NCBI GenBank assembly: GCA_963667015.2
Contig: CAXXJJ010000004.1
Coordinates: 1,408,001-1,472,000 of the forward strand
Direction of reading: 5' to 3'
Source: Desulfatiglandales bacterium
GTDB taxonomy: Bacteria > Desulfobacterota > DSM-4660 > Desulfatiglandales > HGW-15
DNA: 64,000 nt
In this document: positions 54,507-62,523 of the stretch, piece after piece
Numbering within the stretch: the stretch's first letter is position 1
Layout: every line of letters starts with the position of its first letter
The notes under the pieces: model-generated
What the model was told of the DNA's origin: nothing
Databases searched by the model: none
The model's input: only the letters and a program-made list of their open reading frames with translations
Made by a program: the position numbers and the translations under genes

Positions 54507-54708
54507 CTGGCCTTCTCCTTTTTTAATGGGTTTTTGTTTTTTTTCGAGAATGAACTTTACCACATTAGGGGAGGAGGCCTTAAACATTATCAAAACGTTC
54601 TACCCGACCCACGACGGCTTCGCCGCGCGGGCCGGTAAACTTGTCGTTATTTGTATTTAAGGTATTTCACTTTTTCTTACTGTGAACAGTTAAGGAGGAA
54701 TAAAAATA

Positions 54709-54921
54709 ATGAAAATTAAGATGTTTTCTACAATCCTTTATGGAGAAGTTATAGGTTTTGCAAAAAGACGATTAAGTGAACCTCTCCATACCGAATTGGA
54801 AAATGAAATACAGGAATGGCTTGCACAAAAACCAAATATTAAAATCCATGATATAAAACAATCTATGTCTGGTGGTAGTATTGCTGCGCCTAAAGTTGTT
54901 GTCTCAATATTTTATGAATAA
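54709..54921 (+). CDS. Cassette 2 gene: small hypothetical protein
   Basis: 70 aa, RBS AAGGAGG, lies between attC1 and attC2. Confidence 0.8.
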   Translation: MKIKMFSTILYGEVIGFAKRRLSEPLHTELENEIQEWLAQKPNIKIHDIKQSMSGGSIAAPKVVVSIFYE

Positions 54922-54938
54922 GCTGGTATTATCACAGC

Positions 54939-55068
54939 AAATAACCAGGCAATCAAGGTGACTTGCTAGTTTTTCTTGCCGATTGAAACTCAACAGTATC
55001 AACGGTCTTCATACTTTATCGACCATCGGCACCATTAAACCGCAAGCTCCTTATCGCCGCCGTTAAGA
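54939..55068 (+). other. attC2 (130 bp)
   Basis: R'' AAATAAC (complementary to cassette start GTTATTT), L'' AAT[C]AAGG, L' CCTTATC, R' GTTAAGA. Confidence 0.85.
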
Positions 55069-55085
55069 TTTCAAGGAGACTCAAA

Positions 55086-55358
55086 ATGATATCTTTATTT
55101 GGAATAATTGGTGTGATTTTTTTCTTTACTGTACTGTTTAAAGTTTCAAAAAGAAGATCAACTTGGAAAGGTAAAAATACGAAAATATTTAATGCGTATA
55201 GTTTATTAATTGCAGGCTATGCAGTTTATATTTTCATTGATAGCTTTTTTTTAAAGACTAGATTCCATGACTCCGGGTTATCAACCAGCATATTTATGTA
55301 TCTACTGGCATTTTATTTCCTATGGAGTTACAAACTCGGTGCTCCAAAAGAAACTTAA
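55086..55358 (+). CDS. Cassette 3 gene: small three-TM membrane protein
   Basis: 90 aa, RBS AAGGAG, stop codon inside R'' of attC3. Confidence 0.8.
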   Translation: MISLFGIIGVIFFFTVLFKVSKRRSTWKGKNTKIFNAYSLLIAGYAVYIFIDSFFLKTRFHDSGLSTSIFMYLLAFYFLWSYKLGAPKET

Positions 55359-55482
55359 CCATAAATTCAAGGTGACCTGGCTACTATATCGCCGAGCAAG
55401 CAGAGTCAATATTATCAACTGTCTTGGGAGTTTGAAGTAAGTCGCCATAAAACCGCCAGGCTCCTTAATTTCACCGTTAAGC
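55353..55482 (+). other. attC3 (130 bp)
   Basis: R'' ACTTAAC, L'' ATT[C]AAGG, L' CCTTAAT, R' GTTAAGC. Confidence 0.9.
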
Positions 55483-55499
55483 CACTCAATGGGAGGCAT

Positions 55500-56192
55500 A
55501 TGGATATAACTTCTGAAGAACGTATTGTAGCTTATGTTGATGTAATAGGTTGGAGCGAAGCATTTGACACCATCGGACATGACGCACTTGTTACAGTTGC
55601 TCGATCAATAGCAGATCATAAAGCTAAATTTTCCCCCTCATTGAAAGCAGACATTAGTACTTGGGACAAGTCCATGAATGCTAACCACGACATAATTATT
55701 CAAAAGGGATATTATGGAATAAACTTTTCATTTGTCTCCGATAATTTCGTGGTATCTGCGCCAAAAGAATATCTTAAAGATCTGCTCTCAGTTACAAAGT
55801 GGGCTTGTATGTGCCTACTTGTAGACCATGGTTTCCCTACGAGAGGAGGTATCACCTTTGGCATTTTTACTCATGACATGGAGCATGACATTGCTATAGG
55901 AAAACCTTTAGTTGAAGCAGTTGATATCGAGAAGCATACCCATATGCCGCGAGTAACACTTTCTGATACTGTCAGACAACTGGTTGATTGCAACGGCTTA
56001 TCGGAACTAATATACTTTGATGGTGAGAAATGGGTCTTGAACATAGCAAATGTTTCTGATGTTTGGCTTAGTGAGAGCCGCAGAAGGATAAAAACCGCAC
56101 TAGCATCTGGGTTAGATGAATCAAAAGCTGAAAAATGGAACTACCTGGCCGAACACTTACCCAAAATGGCCAGTGACCAGAATAAGGCTTAA
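55500..56192 (+). CDS. Cassette 4 gene: nucleotide-cyclase-like protein
   Basis: AYVDVIGWS, FVSDNFVVS, RGGITFG, GKPLVEAVDIEK...PRV. RBS GGGAGG. Stop codon inside R'' of attC4. Confidence 0.65.
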   Translation: MDITSEERIVAYVDVIGWSEAFDTIGHDALVTVARSIADHKAKFSPSLKADISTWDKSMNANHDIIIQKGYYGINFSFVSDNFVVSAPKEYLKDLLSVTKWACMCLLVDHGFPTRGGITFGIFTHDMEHDIAIGKPLVEAVDIEKHTHMPRVTLSDTVRQLVDCNGLSELIYFDGEKWVLNIANVSDVWLSESRRRIKTALASGLDESKAEKWNYLAEHLPKMASDQNKA

Positions 56193-56313
56193 CAAATAAT
56201 TCAACCCGACGTGCTTACTATCTTGCCAAATCGAGCTTTAAAGGTTTGCAGTATTCAAACTTCTAAAAGCCTTTATTGGCGGGCATCGCACGCCGGTTAA
56301 TTCGCCGTTAAAA
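56187..56313 (+). other. attC4 (127 bp)
   Basis: R'' GCTTAAC (complementary to GTTAAGC), L'' ATT[C]AACC, L' GGTTAAT, R' GTTAAAA. Confidence 0.9.
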
Positions 56314-56629
56314 GCTGAAAGGCTATAATGAAGAAAGCATCATTTACGGTATTTGGGGAAGTAGGAAATATTTCCCAAATCCCCAAATAGCAGGTATAAA
56401 AATAATATTCCGGGCTGAATTGATGTCTATTTACAAAAATTGGCAAGATTGCCAAAAGTTGTAAATAGAAAATAAGAATCAAAATATTGTTGTAATAATA
56501 ACTGGTTATCAAAAACACAAGGTCGGTAAATAGCGGGCAAAATCGGCTTTTAACCTGTCGCTTCACAAGACCACGAGGGGCTTCTTTCAATTTTTGCTGA
56601 GCATCTCGGCGTGGCTTGTGAGCTGGCCG
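56308..56629 (+). other. Cassette 5: apparently gene-less cassette
   Basis: Bounded by GTTAAAAGC and GCTTTTAAC. No + strand ORF in the track; a 20-codon ORF seen by hand. Two hairpins. Confidence 0.8.
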
Positions 56630-56635
56630 TTATGA
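56548..56635 (+). other. attC5 (88 bp)
   Basis: R'' TTTTAAC, L'' GCT[T]CACA, L' TGTGAGC, R' GTTATGA. Confidence 0.88.
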
Positions 56636-56645
56636 AAGGATAAGT

Positions 56646-57503
56646 ATGAAAAAGATATTTACCTTTTTATTAATTGTATTTTTTTTATTCATCTCATTAT
56701 CTTATGGGCTTGAGAACGATAAATTACATGTCACTTATTTAGCAAATGAAGGTTTTTTGATCGAGGGCGATGGTAAAAAGATACTCATTGATGCATTATT
56801 CGACGATAAGACTATTGATTTTTGTGACGTTCCTTCTGAAGAAATATTAAAAAAAATGTTAACAGGTAAAACTCCATTTAATGATGTTGACTTATTACTC
56901 GTCACACATCAACATCGTGATCATTTTAATAAAGACTTAGTTATAACCTACCTTAAAAACAATAAGAACTGTAATTTAGTAGGTCCTCAACAAGTGTATG
57001 ATCAATTAAGTGAATTCAAAATATTCGATAAAATGAAAAATCGTATCCATTCAATCACTCCCCCATATGGTCGCAGTGAAGATATAATTATTAATGGTAT
57101 TAAGCTTTTAACATTACGATTTCAGCATACTTCGTCTTTTGTAACTGATGAACAAACCGGTGAAAAAGTAGATCGACATAAAAATATACAGAATTTAGGC
57201 TTTGTGATTAATATAGGGAATTATAAAATTTTACATACTGGTGATTCATTTGTACAAAATATAGAAGAATACAAATCCTATAGATTAGATAAAGAAAAAA
57301 TTGATATTGCATTTTTAGCATGGTTTTTGGAGCCTCCTAGAATAGAAGCGGTAAATAACTATATCAAACCACAGAATATAATTGTGATGCACCTCTCAAA
57401 AGATAAACAAATATTTTTTAAGTTAAGGGATATGCATCAAAGTAATCTGGCACAAATTACAATATTTACTGAAGAACTCGAAAAAAAAGAATTCAATAAG
57501 TAG
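56646..57503 (+). CDS. Cassette 6 gene: exported metallo-beta-lactamase-fold hydrolase
   Basis: Signal peptide, YLANEGFLI, THQHRDH, HTGD, VMH; AT-rich. Confidence 0.85.
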   Translation: MKKIFTFLLIVFFLFISLSYGLENDKLHVTYLANEGFLIEGDGKKILIDALFDDKTIDFCDVPSEEILKKMLTGKTPFNDVDLLLVTHQHRDHFNKDLVITYLKNNKNCNLVGPQQVYDQLSEFKIFDKMKNRIHSITPPYGRSEDIIINGIKLLTLRFQHTSSFVTDEQTGEKVDRHKNIQNLGFVINIGNYKILHTGDSFVQNIEEYKSYRLDKEKIDIAFLAWFLEPPRIEAVNNYIKPQNIIVMHLSKDKQIFFKLRDMHQSNLAQITIFTEELEKKEFNK

Positions 57504-57517
57504 CTAAATTATTTCAT

Positions 57518-57930
57518 ATCGGGATAGGAAGTAGCCTCACGACTACTCCCTCCCACACCACGCAGCATACGGGTCCGTACAACGCGGTTCGGCTGATCCA
57601 GGCAGTAATCAGTTCCAGGGGAACACAAGCCCAAGTGATGAAAAGTATTTATTAGGTAGTGCCTACTGAACCCATTCAACTCTGCTCATTCTCCATGGAC
57701 CCTTTCGGGCACATCCGGTAGTAACAGCTTCATCTTTTCTAACTCCTCTTTTGAGGAGTTCACCTACACGGGTTCTGCGGTTCTTCCAGTGTTTCCAGAT
57801 GACTGCCCGAAGGCGTCGTCTGATCCAATGGGGCAGAAGCTTTAATCGGTTGTAGGACTCGGCAATGCCATAGTAGTTCCACCAACCTCTCATATAATCA
57901 TTAAGCTCGCTCATCACCTGCACTATACAT
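57518..57930 (-). mobile_element. 3' remnant of a group IIC intron inserted in attC6
   Basis: Minus strand domain V GAACCGCGTTGTACGGACCCGTATGCTGCGTGGTGT (57590-57555), domain VI ending CCTATCCCGAT at 57518, abutting the partial R'' TTTCAT. Upstream boundary approximate. Confidence 0.85.
57609..57930 (-). pseudogene. Group II intron RT/maturase, domain X fragment with internal stop
   Basis: LNDYMRGWWNYY...WIRRRLRAVIWKHWK...RKGPWRMS, in-frame TAG at 57665-57663, then ALPNKYFSSLGL. RT domains absent. Confidence 0.85.
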
Positions 57931-58329
57931 AAGCGTGTGAGCAACCCACCTTTTCCCGCCGGCAACAACATGTTAACATCTCCCTTATAAAGGGGGCTCC
58001 TAATAGCTCATGGGCTTATAAGTAATTAATAGGGGTAAAAAATAGTTTTAAATTGATAAAATATCGAAGATAAAAATAAGTAAAAATGAGTAAAATACAT
58101 TAAAGAGCTAAACGAAGATTTGTTTCCTTTACAAAAATATCCAGATTGTGTCACCGCAGGAAGCCTGTCAGGTTATCAAGGCTTTCAAGATATTCGGGAG
58201 ATATATGACTATCGCGCGTCAGGGATAGTTAAGTCTTGCCCTCCCTTGCTTCTCTTTTTTAATGTTCAGGATATAAAATAACGCATTCAAGCAGGTTGGA
58301 TAATGCGAAACCACCCTATATCATAAAGA

Positions 58330-58866
58330 CTATGACCCATCCTCCAGTCCAAACACATTTGTTATTGTGTTGATGTAATTAAAATAGGCTGTTATTGCCA
58401 CAGCTTCAAGAACCTGGGAGTCACTGTACCCGGCGTTTCTCACACTGTCGATATCGGATTTCAGGATCTTGTAGTTTTCTTTTCCCGATGCCCTGATACA
58501 GAATTTCAAAAGGATTTTTTCACCTTCATTACAGTCTATGTTATCAACCCCTTTGAGCACCTCATTAATCTGTTCCTCGCTCATACCCAGTCTTTTAGAC
58601 AGGCTTTTATGCAGGTTTACACATATTTTACAACTGTTTTCCATTGAAACAAGAATGGCAATACGCTCCTTGGTTGTGAAGGGGAGTTCCGTTCTGGAAA
58701 ACAGGTATGCCCTGACCATATTATTTGTGGCAAGGAATATGTCTTCGTTCATTGCAAGCAGCCTGGTTGTTTCATCCAGTTCATTCTGTTTCTTCAGTAT
58801 GGGTTTTACCCATTTTTGAATTTCAGGTGTCATGTCTACAAATTCAGGCAGATTAATGTGCGCCAT
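58330..58866 (-). CDS. AhpD/carboxymuconolactone-decarboxylase-like peroxidase-related protein
   Basis: ERIAILVSMENSCKICVNLH, AYFNYIN. Confidence 0.85.
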   Translation of the reverse strand: MAHINLPEFVDMTPEIQKWVKPILKKQNELDETTRLLAMNEDIFLATNNMVRAYLFSRTELPFTTKERIAILVSMENSCKICVNLHKSLSKRLGMSEEQINEVLKGVDNIDCNEGEKILLKFCIRASGKENYKILKSDIDSVRNAGYSDSQVLEAVAITAYFNYINTITNVFGLEDGS

Positions 58867-58925
58867 TTATTCTCTCCTTGTTTTATAAATATAAACCTCA
58901 AAAAAAGTGCCATGTCAAACAGAGG

Positions 58926-60065
58926 TTAAGAAAATTCCTTTATTGTGCCATCAGGCAGCATATTGTCAGGATGATATTCTCCCTTTTTATCCATCCTGTA
59001 CCTTATACATTTACGGTTATTTACCAGGCAATAATTCTCTATCCAGTATCTGTCCAGTCTGCCCTCTTCAGTATATGTCTTTATGGGGCAGACAGGATAC
59101 CATTTGCACGGTTTAATCTTTCCCTCTCTTATCAATAATTCCCATCCCCTTGCCCTGTATTCTTCAAGGCCTGCCCTTCCCTGTTCATATTCTTTATGCC
59201 ACGTATCGTGAACCGGAAGCAATTCAAAAAGCTTATTTCTCCAGGCCTCAAGAAAAAGAGCCCCCTTTTCCATAAAATCCGCAGCGCAAATCACATTGTT
59301 TTTTGCGCATGATTTCAATCTTTCAAGCCACGTTATACCTCCTTCAAAACGCAGAAGGTGGTGATCCAATATTAATGTTTCAACATATTCTGATAACTTT
59401 AGCGAGTTTTTCCAGGCGGCTTTTGAAAGCGATTCAAAAGATAATGAAGAGAGATATAAAGGAGGGCCTGAAGCCAGGACAATATCCGGTTTCCAGTTTG
59501 TTATGATTTCTATTGTTTCATGATCCAGGAGCTGAATATCCGATGCATGAACAAAGGTTGTGCCATTTTCCTCGATCCTGCTCATTATTACTGACTTATT
59601 GTTGTTTTCTCTTTGTCCGTGTGGAACAGGAAAAGAAAACTCAATGGGACCTTCTTTTATTCCTTCGGCATTCCGCATTAATTGTTTTGCCGCCTCGACC
59701 AGTTTTTCCCGCCTTATCTGGTGAGTCGATGAACAATTTTTTTGAGATTTTGCCCAGATTCGGCATGCTGACAGACTTTTTTCAACATCATTTATTCCGA
59801 GCTGATAGGGATTGGGATTGTATAAGGGACAATGATCCCCGTCAAAATGGCTTATGATTATATCGGTCGCACCTTTTAGCTCCATTATAATCTGCTTCCT
59901 GATTCCCGCCCCAACAGCGATCTGAAAAGGGTGGGGGAAAAGACCGTGGCGGAAAAATCCCAGTGCTATACCGGGATCAATGATTATTTTTCTATTGTCC
60001 AGTTCCACGACGCAGGAAAGCCCCCTGACACCCAGAGATTCAGCCCCCAGAATCTTAATGATCAT
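58926..60065 (-). CDS. UPF0282-like MBL-fold hydrolase with a C-terminal Cys-rich domain
   Basis: GAESLGVRG, IDPGIALG, SHFDGDH, HASDIQ, LDHHLLR; tail CKWYPVCP...YC...CIRY...HPDNMLPDG. Confidence 0.75.
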   Translation of the reverse strand: MIIKILGAESLGVRGLSCVVELDNRKIIIDPGIALGFFRHGLFPHPFQIAVGAGIRKQIIMELKGATDIIISHFDGDHCPLYNPNPYQLGINDVEKSLSACRIWAKSQKNCSSTHQIRREKLVEAAKQLMRNAEGIKEGPIEFSFPVPHGQRENNNKSVIMSRIEENGTTFVHASDIQLLDHETIEIITNWKPDIVLASGPPLYLSSLSFESLSKAAWKNSLKLSEYVETLILDHHLLRFEGGITWLERLKSCAKNNVICAADFMEKGALFLEAWRNKLFELLPVHDTWHKEYEQGRAGLEEYRARGWELLIREGKIKPCKWYPVCPIKTYTEEGRLDRYWIENYCLVNNRKCIRYRMDKKGEYHPDNMLPDGTIKEFS

Positions 60066-60070
60066 TTTTT

Positions 60071-60895
60071 CTAATCCTCAAACACCTGATATATTACATG
60101 TCCGCAGGACTTGCAGTGGGAGGCGTCCCTGTCATGGTATCTCAGGCCGCATCCCTGGCATATAACATCTGCCTTTGCGGACATATGCACCCACTCCTTA
60201 ACGATCTGGCTTACCCTCCATGGAATAAAGATAATGCCCGATAGAATCATTATTACCGTCACATTTCTCCCCCACCGGGTAACCGGCGTGATGTCGCCGA
60301 AACCCACTGTGGTCAGGGTAACAACTGAAAAATAAAATGCATCTCCAAATGTCTGAACTTTATCATTGAGTCCATTTTCAAAGTAATAGAACCAACCGGA
60401 AGAGATAAAGAAGATCATAAATATGATTAAACACAGTTTTACCACCTGCAGTACATGAGTGGTAATACTGCCGAAGAAAAAATCAGGATCTGCAGTAAAT
60501 CTCAGAAACCTGAAAATTCTGAGAACCCTTATAATCCTTATAAATTTAATAAGTGTAAAATCAAACTCAATTCCAAAGTATGGGGATACCATAAGGGCGA
60601 GTGTCGGCAGGATGGCAATAAGATCAATAATACTGTAGATATCGATGAGCTGTTTAAACCTGTTTTCGGAACCATAGAGTCTTGCCGCATATTCAATGAC
60701 AAAGAAAAATACTATTATCTGCTCCATCTGCCACAGGAGAGATAATGTTGATTCGGATTCCACATAGGTTTCAATAACCAGAAATGCGCATATGAAAAGA
60801 TTCAGGAGGATAATGAAGATATCAATGATCTTCCCAAGAGGGGTTTTACAGTCAACAAGATAGAACTGGATGGTTTCCCTAAAACCGTTTTTCAT
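60071..60895 (-). CDS. Voltage-gated potassium-channel-family ion transporter
   Basis: S4-like RIIRVLRIFRFLR, filter TTVGFGD, C-terminal CxxC...CxxC ribbon. Confidence 0.9.
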   Translation of the reverse strand: MKNGFRETIQFYLVDCKTPLGKIIDIFIILLNLFICAFLVIETYVESESTLSLLWQMEQIIVFFFVIEYAARLYGSENRFKQLIDIYSIIDLIAILPTLALMVSPYFGIEFDFTLIKFIRIIRVLRIFRFLRFTADPDFFFGSITTHVLQVVKLCLIIFMIFFISSGWFYYFENGLNDKVQTFGDAFYFSVVTLTTVGFGDITPVTRWGRNVTVIMILSGIIFIPWRVSQIVKEWVHMSAKADVICQGCGLRYHDRDASHCKSCGHVIYQVFED

Positions 60896-61037
60896 TATGA
60901 ATCACCTCTTTTGTTATTTACATCCAGACTGAAAAGACCGATCTGCCTGAATTCATTCCCCGAATATTATTGAACCATATAAATAAGACTACCCATGTAA
61001 TCCAATCTTCTGTCTATCCGGGATTCAAGTCCTGACT

Positions 61038-61832
61038 CTATTCTTTTTCCGCTTCAAGTATAAATGACAAAGGTATTTCTTTATTGTTCAGCCCGGTAAA
61101 AAGACCGGACACATCATTATCGAACTCATCTAAACCGGTTATATTCAATCCTGATTTACATATTGCATTGATTATTTTAGCAAATGGGTGTGTATAGCTT
61201 GTGAATGTTTTTGATTCATATCGCTTTTTAGTGATGTAATAAATACCGGAATTCTCAATCCATTCCTTATTAAAATATGAGTTAATTAATTTTGCGGGAT
61301 CAGATTCATCAAAATCAGCTTCTCCGGTCGCTCCAAACATGTTTGTTACCGGATGCATCTCATTAATAATCAGGATACCATTTCTTGTCAGGCACCTTGA
61401 CACTACACTAAAAAAAACATCCAGATTTTTAAACCAGCTTATAGCCCCTACAGTTATAATGATCAGATCAAACCGTTTAAAATATTCTTCCCCGATATCA
61501 AGAATATTGACCTGTATGAATTTACAGTTTATCCCTGAGTCCCCTGCTTTTTTATTTGCAAAATCTATCTGATTCTCAGCAATGTCAAAACCGAACCCTT
61601 CCCTTGCGCCGCTGTTTTTCACAAGAGAAAGCAGTTCACGCCCGTTGTTACAACAGAACTGGGCCACGGTTTTGCCCTTCAGATCATACTTCTTTAAAAC
61701 CTCGATCATCTCCGGCTGAAAAAATGGATATTTTTCATTCTTTATTCTATCGGGTATGTCATCGCCCCAGCCTTCAGATCTGTTATCAAATGCCTCTTCC
61801 CAGGCCTCTTTATTTGTATCTATATAATTCAT
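61038..61832 (-). CDS. Class I SAM-dependent methyltransferase
   Basis: QFCCNNGRELLSL, GFDIA, EMHP. Start placed at ATG 61832 (ATGA overlap with the GNAT stop). Confidence 0.85.
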   Translation of the reverse strand: MNYIDTNKEAWEEAFDNRSEGWGDDIPDRIKNEKYPFFQPEMIEVLKKYDLKGKTVAQFCCNNGRELLSLVKNSGAREGFGFDIAENQIDFANKKAGDSGINCKFIQVNILDIGEEYFKRFDLIIITVGAISWFKNLDVFFSVVSRCLTRNGILIINEMHPVTNMFGATGEADFDESDPAKLINSYFNKEWIENSGIYYITKKRYESKTFTSYTHPFAKIINAICKSGLNITGLDEFDNDVSGLFTGLNNKEIPLSFILEAEKE

Positions 61833-62350
61833 GGCAGGCATCCTTTCGTATTAATGCGATACAGGTTATGAGGTCTGTCATGGAACATTACCTCTTTTTC
61901 AAATTTTAACCCGTTCTTTTCAGCCACCCTTATGGACTGGAGATTTGCAGACCTGATCAGCGATATTACAGACTCAAGATTTAATTTTTCTTTGGCATAT
62001 TCAATACAACCACTGGCCGCTTCCGGGCCATAGCCCTGTCCCCAGAACTCGTCTGAAAACCGGTATCCGACCTCCACCTCTTTTTTTCCGTCAATATTCT
62101 GGGATAAGAGGCCGCAGATACCCAGGAATGTTTCGTCGCTCTCTCTTATAACCGCCCAGAAACAGAACCCTTCGATATTATACCGGGATTGGACCTTTTC
62201 ATAAAATCCTTCAGCCTCTTTATTGTCCAGAGCACTGGGGAAATATTTGTGTACCTCCGGATTTGAGAGCAATCTGAAAAGATCTTTTTTGTGTTTTTCT
62301 CCGATCTTTTCCAGCCGGAGCCTTTTGGTTATGAGAACATTATCGGTCAT
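61829..62350 (-). CDS. RimJ/RimL-type GNAT acetyltransferase
   Basis: TKRLRL, EVGYR, WGQGYGPEAA, NLQSIRVAEKNG. Confidence 0.9.
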   Translation of the reverse strand: MTDNVLITKRLRLEKIGEKHKKDLFRLLSNPEVHKYFPSALDNKEAEGFYEKVQSRYNIEGFCFWAVIRESDETFLGICGLLSQNIDGKKEVEVGYRFSDEFWGQGYGPEAASGCIEYAKEKLNLESVISLIRSANLQSIRVAEKNGLKFEKEVMFHDRPHNLYRINTKGCLP

Positions 62351-62523
62351 GATATTAATCCTGGTTGTTCCTCTCCAATTAACATGTTAATGACCTTTAT
62401 ATAAAAAGCATACAGAGGATGCGGCATGTGAGCGATGAGGTATCAGGCCTTGCGCTTCGCAATAAAATTTCCCCTGAAACCTGTCAGGCAGGCAGGGGAA
62501 ATAGTTATCGGTATAGAATAAAG

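Larger units (their letters stand above)
52833..54592 (-). mobile_element. IS110-family (IS1111-type) insertion sequence inserted in attC1
   Basis: Sub-terminal inverted repeats TAAGGCCTCC (52837-52846) and GGAGGCCTTA (54573-54582). CA core at both junctions (52831-32, 54591-92). Long non-coding region downstream of the transposase. Confidence 0.9.
52825..54652 (+). other. attC1, split by the IS110-family insertion (52825-52832 plus 54593-54652; 68 bp when rejoined)
   Basis: Rejoined: R'' GCCGAAC, 5 nt, L'' GTT[C]TACC ... L' GGTAAAC, 5 nt, R' GTTATTT. Confidence 0.85.

Noticed and set aside
54507..54593. N-terminal extension of the transposase given by the ORF track
   Set aside because: The track start lies at the IS boundary. 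ATG 54506 has the RBS and matches family length.
55320..55580. 86-aa minus-strand ORF
   Set aside because: It spans attC3 and overlaps two better-supported + strand genes.
56297..56590. 97-aa minus-strand ORF as the cassette 5 gene
   Set aside because: It starts inside attC5 and ends inside attC4, and has no recognisable motif. Probably spurious.
57663..57971. Intact 102-aa gene
   Set aside because: Maturase fragment fused to unrelated upstream sequence; homology continues past the stop.
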